Notes: generated from the letters alone by a model not told the origin. A stretch of DNA of 64,000 nt from an uncultured Chloroflexia bacterium (GCA_963838115.1 CAWIPU010000002.1:203642-267641); one strand, 5' to 3'; positions 38,873 to 49,010 are shown, numbered from the stretch's first letter. Numbers and translations are program-made.

Positions 38873-39952
38873 TCAGCAGACGACGATACGTCTCTCAACG
38901 GACGCATCTGGCCGCCAGGGCCGGTCGACGATGGCGCGCAGCCGATAGTCGACCCGGAGGCCGTCGGTCTCGCAGGTCGGTGGCGCGTCGGCCGGGATCG
39001 TGAGCGACACTCGCGCACCCCCTCGGAGCGCCTCGACCGGCAGCTCGACCGACGAGCAGACGACCTGCAGGTCCCGGGTCGCGTCGATGTCCGCGACGAG
39101 CTCCACCCGGGCGCTCCGTCCCGAGACCGCTCCCGGCCAGGTGATCGTCACTTCCATCGTGGTACCGGCGTCGAGGGGCGGCAGCGGGCGGACAGCGAGC
39201 GTCGCGCCGGCGTCATCCCATGAGTCGTGCATCGCGCCCGCGCCGACGTCGATGACCCCGGCCGCCAGCAGGTCCCGGTGCTGGTGGACGACCACGAGCG
39301 CCGCGACGCGCTCATCGCGGCCCATCTCGATGTCCCATCGGGCTTCGACCGCCCAGGCGACGAGCGCGGTCCCGGCATGGGCCGAGGGCGGCCCGAGCCT
39401 GGGCGCCGGGACCTGGAAGGGCAGATCGAGCGCCTGGCCGGCACTGAGCGTCGCGGGCACGAACGGCTCCGTGAACTCGAGCGCGTCGACGACCCGGCCA
39501 TGGATCTCGACCCACTCCCGTCGGCTGGTGACCTGGCCCTTGCTGTCGCGTTGCTCCTGGCTCCGCTCCTCCTCCGAGAGCCGGACCCCGACGAGCCGGA
39601 TCCCCGCCCGGCGTCCCTGGATGGCTTCCCGCGCGACGACCCGGACCCGCCCCCGAATCGCCTCCCCAACCCTGGTCGGCGACTCGATCTCGACCACCCC
39701 GTCGAGGCCGTCCGTGGTGGCGCGTACGAGCTCGGCTGGGTCCACCAACGGCAGCGGATGGCTCCGCCCGGGCGCAGCGAGACGGGGGCCGTCGAGCGCG
39801 TCGAACGGTGCAGGCGCGTCGCCGCCGTGACCCATGAGACCGAGGAACCCGCCCTCACCGTACGACCGGACATCGTCGATCGACGCGAGGAAGCTGGCAT
39901 GTGTATGGCGGTCGTCCACTGGGCGCGGCTCCGGAATGCGAGTCGCCCGCAT
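38873..39952 (-). CDS. Spo0M-like / arrestin-fold domain protein
   Basis: two beta-sandwich-like lobes (IRGRVRVVAREAIQGRRAGIRLVGV...; TMEVTITWPGAVSGRSARVELVADID...VSLTIPADAPPT); the N-terminal 230 aa of the track ORF are rejected. Confidence 0.45.
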   Translation of the reverse strand: MRATRIPEPRPVDDRHTHASFLASIDDVRSYGEGGFLGLMGHGGDAPAPFDALDGPRLAAPGRSHPLPLVDPAELVRATTDGLDGVVEIESPTRVGEAIRGRVRVVAREAIQGRRAGIRLVGVRLSEEERSQEQRDSKGQVTSRREWVEIHGRVVDALEFTEPFVPATLSAGQALDLPFQVPAPRLGPPSAHAGTALVAWAVEARWDIEMGRDERVAALVVVHQHRDLLAAGVIDVGAGAMHDSWDDAGATLAVRPLPPLDAGTTMEVTITWPGAVSGRSARVELVADIDATRDLQVVCSSVELPVEALRGGARVSLTIPADAPPTCETDGLRVDYRLRAIVDRPWRPDASVERRIVVC

Positions 39953-40005
39953 TGTGCACCCAACCGTGGGCCTCGACAGGGTGGCCGCCGGTCGCTGGAC
40001 GAGCG

Positions 40006-40503
40006 TCAGGCGTGGGCCGAAGCGCCCTCTTCCGCTCGCTGCTTCACCCCCTGCAGCAGGCCCGTTTCCATGTAGGCATGGAGCGGCTCGTACACGAGCA
40101 TCTTGAAGAGCCACTCCCGACGCCGCCAGACCGCCCGGTCGCGGACCAGGAAGCGGGTCGAGCTGTCGCCGATGGGCTGCAGGACGAAGGCGTAGGTCCC
40201 CACCGGCATGCTCCTGCTCTGCGCCACGATGGAGCGTCCAGGGTCGACCGCCAGCGCCGGCCAGCCCAGCGGCTTGCCGCCCATGTCGCGGTTCGTGCGC
40301 ATCAAGTCGCCCGCCTCGAGGAGTTGCCACTCGGGATGGATCTCGTGGACGTCCGGGATGGCCGAGCGGAGCAGACGCTCGACCCAGTTGTGGGTGTAGA
40401 AGCCGGCACGGTCCTAGCCCATCTGGACGAGCCAGGGCCAGACGGCGCTCGCCGGCGCCTGGATGGTCACGGCGCGCGTGGTCACGGTGGTCGCGTAGGG
40501 CAT
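40006..40503 (-). pseudogene. SRPBCC (polyketide cyclase/dehydrase-like) family gene interrupted by an in-frame TAG at 40414-40416
   Basis: track ORFs 40414..40602 and 40006..40305 are the same frame: ...AVWPWLVQMG[TAG]DRAGFYTHNWVERLL...; the flanking sequence is a family-conserved block. Confidence 0.55.
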
Positions 40504-40660
40504 CAGCTCGTCGCCTGGCAGCGCGGCCCGTAGCGGTGACTCCTTCAACGGGGGACGGGCCTGCCCTCCTCCGTGTGGCCTCGTCGAACTCGCGCAGGGC
40601 ATCGGCGCAAACCACGATCATCGAGCGCCACCGAGCGGACATCGCGGCGCTCCGTCGCAG

Positions 40661-41584
40661 CTACCGGGTCAACGGCGAGGGGCCGGGATCAGGAGCCGAG
40701 TCCGCACTGAAGACATCGAGGGCCACGGCGGCGAAATCCCGCACCGTCGGCCTGCTGTCGCCGGTTCTCCATGCCACCGCGTGTTCGAGCACGCCGAGCT
40801 CAGCGATGGGGCGCCACACCAGACCTGGCCCGCCCATCTCGGCGAGAGCGCGCGAGCCGGTGTGGATGCCCAACTTCGCGCGTAGTGCCTCGACCAGCCC
40901 GTCGAGGGCATGGAACTGCGCGACGATCCGGGGCGGCCTCCCCGAGCGGAGGGCCGTGGCCATCCAGAAGTCCCGCCAGGCGCTGTCAGCAGTGGCGAAG
41001 TCGAAGGTAGGTTCGGCTAGGATCTGCTCGAGGCTGGGCTCATCGACCATCGCCAAGGGGTGGTCAGCAGCCATCACGACACCCAGCGGTTCGGCGAACA
41101 GGGGACGGGTCTCGAGCCCGATACGGTCAAAGGGTCCGTAGACGAAGGCCACATCTGCCTGTCCTGACCGAAGGCCACCCGATGGATCGGTCGCATCACC
41201 GAACCGGATCATCACCCTGGTCTCGGGAAAGCGCTGGCTGTACTCGGTCAGGACATGGGCGAACGAGCCATGCTCGATCGCGACGACGAAGCCGACGGTC
41301 AATGAACGCGTGGCGACCAGTCCGGCGGTGCGCGCCGCGTCGACCGCAGCCTCCGCGTCCGCGAGCAAGGCACGAGCCTGCTGATACAGCGCGGACCCGG
41401 CCTCGGTGAGTGTGACCCGCCTGGTATCGCGATCGAACAGGCGTGTGCCGATGCGCTCCTCCAGCTGTCGGATCTGCGCACTCAGGCCCTGCTGGGCGAT
41501 GGAGAGCCGCGCTGCCGCGCGGGTGAAGTTGAGTTCCTCGGCGACCGCCACGAACGCCCGCAGGTGACGAAGCTCGATGTCCAT
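40661..41584 (-). CDS. LysR family transcriptional regulator
   Basis: MDIELRHLRAFVAVAEELNFTRAAARLSIAQQGLSAQIRQLEERIG HTH, with LysR substrate-binding domain. Confidence 0.85.
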   Translation of the reverse strand: MDIELRHLRAFVAVAEELNFTRAAARLSIAQQGLSAQIRQLEERIGTRLFDRDTRRVTLTEAGSALYQQARALLADAEAAVDAARTAGLVATRSLTVGFVVAIEHGSFAHVLTEYSQRFPETRVMIRFGDATDPSGGLRSGQADVAFVYGPFDRIGLETRPLFAEPLGVVMAADHPLAMVDEPSLEQILAEPTFDFATADSAWRDFWMATALRSGRPPRIVAQFHALDGLVEALRAKLGIHTGSRALAEMGGPGLVWRPIAELGVLEHAVAWRTGDSRPTVRDFAAVALDVFSADSAPDPGPSPLTR

Positions 41585-41616
41585 GCACCGACAGGATAGC
41601 GAGCCACCAGCGCCGC

Positions 41617-42252
41617 TTGTCGGTCCTACATCGAACCGGTGTTTCACATGCCGGGTCAGGTCGTGCACGCTTCCGCCATGAAGACCTGGCAGTCGTCTTT
41701 CCCCGGACCGTGGCCGATGTCACGGCGGTCGTCGAGATCGCCCGAACGACCGGGGCCAAGGTCGTGACGCAGGGCACCGGGCACGGAGCCTCGGCATATG
41801 GCTCGATGAGCGACACCATCCTCATCCGCACCACCCAGCTCCAGGAGCTAGCCATCGGGGACGGAAGCGCCCGCGTTGGTGCCGGCACCCTGTGGGGTGA
41901 TGTCGCCGGCGCCGACTCGAAGGAGCGGCTCATCTCGGTGGAGGTCAGGCATCTCGGGGGAGCCTTGGCCAGGAAGCCCAAGGGGGCTGGCGCCCTGTCC
42001 CGGATCGGTGCTCCGTACCTGCTCAGTGCGGTGGGTGCAGCCCACGACAGCGAGCAGGCCGCGCGGTCATATGACCAGCTTGGTCTCACCATCGATGCGA
42101 TGCGACCCTGGGCTGCGGGCGAATACCTCAACTTCGTCGAGCGATCGACGCGCTCGGTGTTCGACGACGCCACGACCAGACGTCTCGCTGCGGTCAAGAG
42201 CGCGGTCGACCCGACGAATGTGTTCCGTCTTCGCGAGGGCGTGCAGGAGTGA
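41617..42252 (+). CDS. FAD-binding oxidoreductase, internally truncated (possible pseudogene)
   Basis: N-terminal PCMH FAD-binding segment (VTQGTGHGAS...) joined directly to the C-terminal BBE-like tail (EYLNFVE...AVKSAVDPTNVFRLREGV); ~230 aa missing relative to the full-length paralogue at 44897-46321. Confidence 0.5.
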   Translation: MSVLHRTGVSHAGSGRARFRHEDLAVVFPRTVADVTAVVEIARTTGAKVVTQGTGHGASAYGSMSDTILIRTTQLQELAIGDGSARVGAGTLWGDVAGADSKERLISVEVRHLGGALARKPKGAGALSRIGAPYLLSAVGAAHDSEQAARSYDQLGLTIDAMRPWAAGEYLNFVERSTRSVFDDATTRRLAAVKSAVDPTNVFRLREGVQE

Positions 42253-42401
42253 GCCCCAGCCGCCTGTACGGCACGCCCAGGGACCCCTCTGACGGCCCAT
42301 CTCACCGCCTATCGCATCCCGTGCGCGCGGTCCCTACCCGGCACACATTTTTCACTGACGTGACGTGCGACGTCGCGCGTCCACAGGAGGAAACCAGACT
42401 C

Positions 42402-43835
42402 ATGAAACCGATCAGTCTTCCGCACATGCGAACCTCCCCCCACCGCATGGCGGCCATCTCCCTATCCACCATCGGCTTGCTCATGCTGGCCACGGCCGCG
42501 AGCGGAGCCAGCCCGGGGCCAGGCTCCGGTGACGTGGCTGCCTCACCCTGCTGGGGAGATACGCCAAGCGTGGTCGGCAGCATCGAGCACCCGACCGGGG
42601 TCATACAGAACCCGACCTCCAAGCGCCATGCCAACGATATGGGCTTCGTCCGACCGAGTGGCATGCACGACTCGCTCTACGAGCCCCTTACACCGTTTGA
42701 CTGTTCACGACACGTCGGCAGCCTGCTGGGGCAGACCACCGCAGCGGACCCCACGGTCGAGCCGGAGATGACGGCGCCTGCCAGCAGCAAGGTCTCCCCG
42801 TCCGCCCTCGCAGAGCCCTGGTCGATGACCGCGCTCGAGGGCGCCGAGGCCATCGCGGCCGGGAACGGAGTGTTCGTGGCCGTCGGCCAGACGAGGTATC
42901 CGCCGCAGGCAGCCGCATGGTGGTCCGTAGATGGCCGAACGTGGGAGCTTGCGCGACTGACCGGGGCCTCCGTCGGCTCCGGACTCACGCAGGTATCTGC
43001 GACCGACGACGGGTTTGTGGCCCTCGGGGCGGAGTCGGGGCTCTACGGCGCAGAGCGTGAACGCGTCGAGGCCTGGTACTCAGCTGATGGCCAGACCTGG
43101 GAACGGGCGACCGTCAAGAAGCCGGCCAAGTCCGGGTTCCAGGCCGTCGCCTCGGGACTCGCCGACGGGCCTGCCGGATCGCTCGCGCTGGGCACGTTCA
43201 TAGGCCAGGACCTCGGCGGTCAGCGGCTCTGGCGCGCAGGCGAAGACGGCACCTGGCGGCCGGCCACGCTACCCAAGGTCAGCAACCCGGTGTGGGACGC
43301 GGTCGTGTCGTATCCGAAGGGCTACCTGCTGCTCGGCCAGTCCGGGCCCGGCAACGCCTCGAACTGGAAGTCGGTCGACGGGCTGACCTGGAAGCGAGTG
43401 AAGGACACACCTCGACTGTTCGATGTGGCCGTCGGAGAGGGAGGCACCATCACCGGGGTCGGCTACAAGGACATCTACCGATCGACAAAGGGGCTGCGTT
43501 CCTGGGAGAAGACCCTCACTCGCCCGGCGTCCTGGCGAGTCGGGGGCTCGAACGCGTTCTCCTGGGTCGAATGGGACGGCTCCGAGTTCGTCGTACCAGG
43601 CAACGACTTCAGCGGTTGCGGCCCCGGCACCGACGAGTGCCATACCAACCCGTTGCTCGTCTCGGTCGACGGCAAGGCCTGGACGGAGGCGGCTGGCCCG
43701 GACGGCCTGCCAGGTGCGGACCAGGCCACTTGGATCACTGATGTCGCCTCACTGGGTGGCACCACCGTGATCCTCGGCCAGCACGAGGGCGAGACGGTCG
43801 TCTGGGTCGTCGAGGAAGCGCCTACGGACGACTGA
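42402..43835 (+). CDS. secreted BNR/Asp-box repeat protein (sialidase-like beta-propeller)
   Basis: AGGAGGA RBS; signal peptide; repeated S-x-D-G-x-T-W boxes (SVDGRTWE, SADGQTWE, SVDGLTWK, SVDGKAWT). Confidence 0.65.
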   Translation: MKPISLPHMRTSPHRMAAISLSTIGLLMLATAASGASPGPGSGDVAASPCWGDTPSVVGSIEHPTGVIQNPTSKRHANDMGFVRPSGMHDSLYEPLTPFDCSRHVGSLLGQTTAADPTVEPEMTAPASSKVSPSALAEPWSMTALEGAEAIAAGNGVFVAVGQTRYPPQAAAWWSVDGRTWELARLTGASVGSGLTQVSATDDGFVALGAESGLYGAERERVEAWYSADGQTWERATVKKPAKSGFQAVASGLADGPAGSLALGTFIGQDLGGQRLWRAGEDGTWRPATLPKVSNPVWDAVVSYPKGYLLLGQSGPGNASNWKSVDGLTWKRVKDTPRLFDVAVGEGGTITGVGYKDIYRSTKGLRSWEKTLTRPASWRVGGSNAFSWVEWDGSEFVVPGNDFSGCGPGTDECHTNPLLVSVDGKAWTEAAGPDGLPGADQATWITDVASLGGTTVILGQHEGETVVWVVEEAPTDD

Positions 43836-43863
43836 GCAACTATCCGAAGGAGACAAGACAACC

Positions 43864-44451
43864 ATGTCCCGCTTCCCCCGCGAGGCAGCGGTCGCGTTGA
43901 CCGCATCCCTGCTCATCCCCGCCGGCGGTCTGGCCGCCAGCGACGCCTCGGCCGAGTACATGGCGGCCGATCCCTCGATCACCGATCCGAGTCCCACGCC
44001 CTGGGAGCGCCTCGAGATCGGCCCTGACGGGCAGAGCCTGCGCGTGTACTTCTCGACCGGGGCCGCCGGATGCAACGGACTCGCCCGCGTCGAGATCGAC
44101 CGTTCGGCCGATGTCCCGGTCGTGACGGTCTGGACCGGCCTGCACCCCGACGCCGCGGTGCGCATCTGCGAGGCCGGGGAATACGACTACTACACCGAGG
44201 TCGCCCTCGATGCTCCCGTCGTGCTCGATGGCAGCACTACCTCTCACACATCCTCGAAAGGGTACCCAGGACGCGATGAGCTGGTCGGTGGACCGGGACG
44301 TGATCGTCTCTTCGGCGGGAACCACGACGATGTCATCAAGGCCAAGGGGGGCGATGCAGACTTCATCGACTGCGGTGACGGAGATGACACGGCCTTCGTC
44401 GATCCCGTCGACACGGTCACCGGGTCCGAGAAGGTCATCGTTCAGGACTGA
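43864..44451 (+). CDS. secreted calcium-binding protein with hemolysin-type (GGxGxD) repeats
   Basis: AAGGAG RBS; signal peptide; GGPGRDRLFGGNHDDVIKAKGGDADFIDCGDGDDTAFVD. Confidence 0.55.
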   Translation: MSRFPREAAVALTASLLIPAGGLAASDASAEYMAADPSITDPSPTPWERLEIGPDGQSLRVYFSTGAAGCNGLARVEIDRSADVPVVTVWTGLHPDAAVRICEAGEYDYYTEVALDAPVVLDGSTTSHTSSKGYPGRDELVGGPGRDRLFGGNHDDVIKAKGGDADFIDCGDGDDTAFVDPVDTVTGSEKVIVQD

Positions 44452-44896
44452 CCCGGCGAGAAGCGGCCCACCGATGAGACCCCGGCAATCGTCGGGGTCT
44501 CATCCTGCACTCCCGGCGCGGGCTCGGCATCACTTGCTCGTCCGGCACCGTCCCTCATGGTCCAGCCACCGCGCGAACGCGACGCCCCGGCCATGACGTT
44601 GACGGTTCTCATCGTGTCGACGCGACCCTGTACGGTCGGTCGTCTCGGCACCTCCAGGTCGGCACCCAGGAGACTGGCGAGGCCGAAGACCGCGCTCGAT
44701 GTGCGACCGTCCGAGGCGGCTCCCTCGACGATCGCCCCCAGGTACGGCGACTGGTGGGTGTCGCTTGGTCATGTGCCCACACCTTGTGGCGCGCCACCTT
44801 GGCCCACCTTCGCTTCCGGCCTCGATCCGTGCTCGAGAACGTCACCTCTGCGGTGAGGCCCTGGCCTGCTGCCTACCGACAAGGCCGACTTGTCGC

Positions 44897-46321
44897 TCAG
44901 GCGGGCCGGATGTTCCGGTTGATCCGGAAGAGGTTCTCCGGGTCGTACTTCCTCTTCACGTCCCGCAGCCGCCGGTAGTTCTCGCCGTAGGCCGCACGGA
45001 GCCGCTCGTCGTCGTCTTCGTCGAGCTGGAAGTTGACGTAGTTGCCGCCGGTGGAGTAGGAGCGGATCGCCCCCCAGGAGTCCCGCACCCATGCGATGTG
45101 TGGCTGCGCCGGTGCGTCAGGTGGCCACGTCCCCGAGAACCCGGCGATGTAGCGGGCGTCCCTGTTCCCCACGGCGCCGTCGTCGGGCGCCCGCTCGTTG
45201 AGGGCGCCGCCCAGGTGGAAGATGACCGATTGGCTCATGGGGGTGGTGAGCCCCAGGGCTCCCTCGCGAAAGGCCTGCAGGAACCCATCCGGGAGCCCCG
45301 GGAGAAACTCGGTCTTCCAGTAGCGATGGGGCCCCTTCGGCTCATTTGCGTTGAGCATCGTCTGGAGGGCTGTGTAGGGCATCTGGCCGATCGTGTCCAC
45401 CACGGGGTCGGGTAGCTGTCGGATGGGTGCGAGGGCCCGTTCGGGATCAGCGCCTGTGTAGCAGGCGACAACGGCCACGATCGGTTTGCCCTGCCAGGCC
45501 TGCGGCACGAAGGGAGCGGGCGGGGCAAGCCTGACCACGGCAGCGAGGGTCAGGTCCCGCGATGCGGCGGTGGTGACGTCCCTGTACGCCCGGAGGATCT
45601 CGTCCGCCCGGTCGGCGCTCCACGCGATCAGGCCCGCGGTAATCATGGGGCCAACGTCGTGAAGTCGGTAGGTGAACCTGGTCACCACCCCGAAGTTACC
45701 GCCCCCGCCACGGAGCGCCCAGAACAGGTCCGGGTTCATGTCGCGACTCGCGGTCCGCACCTCTCCATCGGCGGTCACGATCTCGACCTCTTCGAGATTG
45801 TCGACCGTCCAGCCGAAGCGCCGCGTCAGATACCCCCACCCGCCACCGAGCGTGAGACCCGCGAGGCCTGTCTCGGATACGAAGCCGAGGACGGTGGCCA
45901 GCCCGTGCTGCTGGGTGGCGGCATCGATGTCACCAAGGACACAGCCGGGCTGGGCGTGGACGAGCCGGCGCTCGCGGTCGACCGAGACCGAGCGCATGAG
46001 ACCCATGTCGATCGTCAGCCCATTTGGGGCGATCGAAGTGCCGGCGATGTTGTGCCCGCCGCCCCTCACGCTGAGAAGCAGGTTGCGCGCGCGGGCGAAG
46101 CTGATCGTCGCAGTCAGGTCCTCGGCCGCCCCTGGCTGAACCACCATCGCCGGGCGGCGGGCGACCATGCCGTTCCAGGTGACGGTGGCCTCGGCGAACG
46201 CATCGTCGCCCGGAAAGAGGATCCTCCCCTTCAGGGTCGACTCGAGGGTGGCGACGTCGTCCTTGGGAACCATCGCCGGCGTGTGGTCGAGTCGGGTGAT
46301 CTCGACGCCTGTCGCTGTCAT
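44897..46321 (-). CDS. FAD-binding oxidoreductase (BBE/FAD-linked oxidase family)
   Basis: RGGGHNIAG, GLTLGGGWGYLTRRFG, C-terminal YVNFQLDEDD...KRKYDPENLFRINRNI. Confidence 0.85.
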   Translation of the reverse strand: MTATGVEITRLDHTPAMVPKDDVATLESTLKGRILFPGDDAFAEATVTWNGMVARRPAMVVQPGAAEDLTATISFARARNLLLSVRGGGHNIAGTSIAPNGLTIDMGLMRSVSVDRERRLVHAQPGCVLGDIDAATQQHGLATVLGFVSETGLAGLTLGGGWGYLTRRFGWTVDNLEEVEIVTADGEVRTASRDMNPDLFWALRGGGGNFGVVTRFTYRLHDVGPMITAGLIAWSADRADEILRAYRDVTTAASRDLTLAAVVRLAPPAPFVPQAWQGKPIVAVVACYTGADPERALAPIRQLPDPVVDTIGQMPYTALQTMLNANEPKGPHRYWKTEFLPGLPDGFLQAFREGALGLTTPMSQSVIFHLGGALNERAPDDGAVGNRDARYIAGFSGTWPPDAPAQPHIAWVRDSWGAIRSYSTGGNYVNFQLDEDDDERLRAAYGENYRRLRDVKRKYDPENLFRINRNIRPA

Positions 46322-46370
46322 CGTTGCCTCCTCATCGCCAAGTGCGGAAGTGAGGGTGTCGCCGAAAGCG

Positions 46371-46416
46371 ATATACTCCAGTTGAGAGTATATTCATACT
46401 CGCCATTGGAGTATGT
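46371..46416. promoter_or_regulatory. two adjacent palindromes (ATATACTC-N7-GAGTATAT; CATACTC-N7-GAGTATG) upstream of the PadR gene
   Basis: perfect inverted repeats in the AT-richer divergent region between the FAD oxidoreductase and PadR. Confidence 0.35.
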
Positions 46417-46419
46417 CAA

Positions 46420-47109
46420 GTGGCTAGGGTGGATAAGCAGCTGACGACGACCTCATATGCCGTGCTCGCCCAGGTGGCGGTACGGCCGTGGTCCACGTAT
46501 GAGCTGGCCCAGCAGCGCGTTCGGTACTTCAGGTACGTCTGGCCCCGCGCCGAGAGTGCCATCTACCGTGAGGCCAAGCGGCTCTCAGCGATGGGTCTGA
46601 TCGGCGGGGAGAGGGAGTACACCGGCAAGCGAGCGCGAACGGTGTACTCGATCACCGACAAGGGAAGGCAGGCACTCAGGGAGTGGCTGGGCAGCCCGGT
46701 AGCACCGTTCTCGATGGACTTCGAGGCGATCCTGCGGCTGTTCGTGCTTCCGCTGGGGACCAAAGGACAGATCATCGACACGCTGCATCAGGTGCGGGCT
46801 GACGCTGAGGCGATGCTCCGGTTCGGCGGAGAGGTCAAGCAGGAATTCCTCGACGGCATCAACGTCACCCAGGACCAGGTCTACATCCGGGCGCTGGCGG
46901 TCGACTTCTTCATCAGCCTGCTCAACACGGTCCTCGACTGGACTGAGCGGACCCTCGAAGAGATCCAGACATGGGACGATCTGGCGCCCTCGGCCGAAAA
47001 GAACAGCCGCGGCCTCGAGACCGTGTGCAGACTTCCAGTGGACACCCCGGGCGAGTCCCTCCACGCCATCTCCACTCCGCCACTGAGCCAGACCCGGTCG
47101 CGCTCATGA
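46420..47109 (+). CDS. PadR family transcriptional regulator
   Basis: YAVLAQVAVRPWSTYELAQQ...RESAIYREAKRLSAMGLI winged helix; GTG start. Confidence 0.75.
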   Translation: MARVDKQLTTTSYAVLAQVAVRPWSTYELAQQRVRYFRYVWPRAESAIYREAKRLSAMGLIGGEREYTGKRARTVYSITDKGRQALREWLGSPVAPFSMDFEAILRLFVLPLGTKGQIIDTLHQVRADAEAMLRFGGEVKQEFLDGINVTQDQVYIRALAVDFFISLLNTVLDWTERTLEEIQTWDDLAPSAEKNSRGLETVCRLPVDTPGESLHAISTPPLSQTRSRS

Positions 47110-47466
47110 GACGCGCTTCGAGGCGACATCCGCGCCGCCTCGGTGGTGGCCCGCGGTGCTCGAGCTGGGCACCAGCGAGACGACGGTCCGCCAGCATCTG
47201 TCGGGGTCGCATCGGCGGACGGGGTGTCTGATTTGTGGCTGTCGCGGCTGCAGACGATCCGGTGCGACGGTCGCAGGAGAGCCACCGAAGAGGAGGATCC
47301 ATGCGTATCACGCCAGAGGAGTCGTCACGATGGGCGACGCACATGTCGCCTGGCTCCGGGGCCCTGACGGCGAGTTCCTCGCGGTCTGGGACACCAGGAC
47401 CTTGAGCTGGCCGCGGCTTCTGCTCGCCGCCTCAGGCCCTCGCCGGAGCACTGGACGCTCGATGCC

Positions 47467-48855
47467 ATGGCCATGCGATCGCTGATGACCGACTACCTCG
47501 TCGTCGGTGCGGGGGCGATGGGCATGGCCTTCACGGACGCCCTGATCGACCACGCGGATGTGCACGTGACACTGGTCGATCGCCGGCACGCGGCCGGCGG
47601 GCACTGGCAGGATGCCTATCCCTTCGTACAGCTCCATCAAGCGTCGGTGTTCTACGGCGTCGCGTCGACGGTGCTCGGCGATGGCGCCCCGCAGCGGAGC
47701 GGCCCTGAGGCAGGACTGCAGGAGCGCGCCCGTCTGTCGGAAATCCTCGCCTACTATGACGGCATCCTGCACCGCCGCTTCCTTGCGAGCGGGAAAGTGA
47801 CCTTCCTTGGCGGGAGCGAGTATCAGGCACACGGCTCATCCCACCTCGTGACATCACGGGTGACGGGCGAGACCGTGGACGTCGGCGTGCAGCGCCGCGT
47901 CGTCGACGCCACGTACCTGTCGCCGACGATCCCCTCCAGTACGCAACCGCCATTCGGCGTCGCCGACGACGTCCCGGTGATCCCCATCAACGAGCTCGCG
48001 GGGTTGGCCGCCGCACCGGAACACTTCGTGATCGTCGGTTCCGGCAAGACCGCGACCGACGGGATCGTCTGGCTGCTGGCCAACGGCGTCCAGCCCGAGC
48101 GCATCATGTGGGTACGCCCGCGTGAGCCCTGGATGCTCGACCGGGCCGTCGTTCAGCCCCACCCAGTGGTAGCCCTCGGGCTCGCGACAGACATGATGGC
48201 GGCCGCCGCGGATGCCGAGTCGCTCGAGGATCTGTTCCTGCGCCTCGAGGCTGCCGGTGTCATGCTCCGGCTCGACACCGACGTGGCTCCAACCATGGCC
48301 AAGACGCCTACCCTTGGGACCTGGGAGCTCGAATTGCTCCGAACCGTCGAGAACGTCGTTCGACTGGGCCACATCAAGCACGTGGCGAGCCATGAGATCG
48401 TCCTCGACGAGGGATCGGTCCCGTTGCCACCGGGCTCGATCATCGTGCACTGCGCTGCGTCGGGATTGCAGTACCCGCCACTCGTCCCCATCTGGAGTAC
48501 GGACAAGATCCGACTGCAGATGATCCGGGCCGGGTTCCCGTGCTTCTGCGCGGCCCTGGCCGGCTATGTGGAGGCGACCCGCGATGACGACCGCGAGCGC
48601 AATCGGCTCTGCCCACCCAACAATCTTCCCAACACGCTATCCGACTGGGCGGGCATGCAGGTGCGCGGCACCATCGCAGCACGCACCTACGGCGGCGAGC
48701 CGGACATCGCCACCTGGGCCAACGCGTGCACCCTCAACCCGGCGCGCATCGATGCATCGCAAGGGGGAGATCCGGCGGTAGAGGCTGCGGTGGCAGGCCT
48801 GGCCGACGCCACCAAAGGCGGCCTCGCTCGCATGGCCGAACTCGCAGGAGGATGA
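47467..48855 (+). CDS. FAD/NAD(P)-binding oxidoreductase (flavin monooxygenase-like)
   Basis: N-terminal dinucleotide fold DYLVVGAGAMGMAF and second HFVIVGSGKTATDG. Confidence 0.7.
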   Translation: MAMRSLMTDYLVVGAGAMGMAFTDALIDHADVHVTLVDRRHAAGGHWQDAYPFVQLHQASVFYGVASTVLGDGAPQRSGPEAGLQERARLSEILAYYDGILHRRFLASGKVTFLGGSEYQAHGSSHLVTSRVTGETVDVGVQRRVVDATYLSPTIPSSTQPPFGVADDVPVIPINELAGLAAAPEHFVIVGSGKTATDGIVWLLANGVQPERIMWVRPREPWMLDRAVVQPHPVVALGLATDMMAAAADAESLEDLFLRLEAAGVMLRLDTDVAPTMAKTPTLGTWELELLRTVENVVRLGHIKHVASHEIVLDEGSVPLPPGSIIVHCAASGLQYPPLVPIWSTDKIRLQMIRAGFPCFCAALAGYVEATRDDDRERNRLCPPNNLPNTLSDWAGMQVRGTIAARTYGGEPDIATWANACTLNPARIDASQGGDPAVEAAVAGLADATKGGLARMAELAGG

Positions 48856-48900
48856 TTCGGACCCGGCGCACCCTAGCGTGCTCTGCTCGAGCCGCTGCTG

Positions 48901-49010
48901 CGAGGCCTGAGCCGACGTCCGGCGTCGACCCGGGCGCTGACCCAGGGTGCCAGCAGTGCGTCGACATGGGCGCACGTATCGAGGCGCCCGCCGTTTGACC
49001 GTTTCGGGCC
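48901..49010. repeat. partial/diverged copy of the structured intergenic repeat (see 50655-50780)
   Basis: shares CTGAGCC...GACCCGGGCGCTGACCC(A/G)GGGT and ...GGGCGC... with the two full copies; starts a few nt after the upstream gene's stop. Confidence 0.4.

Noticed and set aside
39000-40075. Two + strand ORFs (276 and 282 aa)
   Set aside because: Ser/Arg/Pro-rich, antisense to the Spo0M-like gene
38873-40642. 589-aa ORF as given
   Set aside because: The N-terminal 230 aa is Arg/Pro/Gly junk antisense to the SRPBCC pseudogene; trimmed to the Met at 39952
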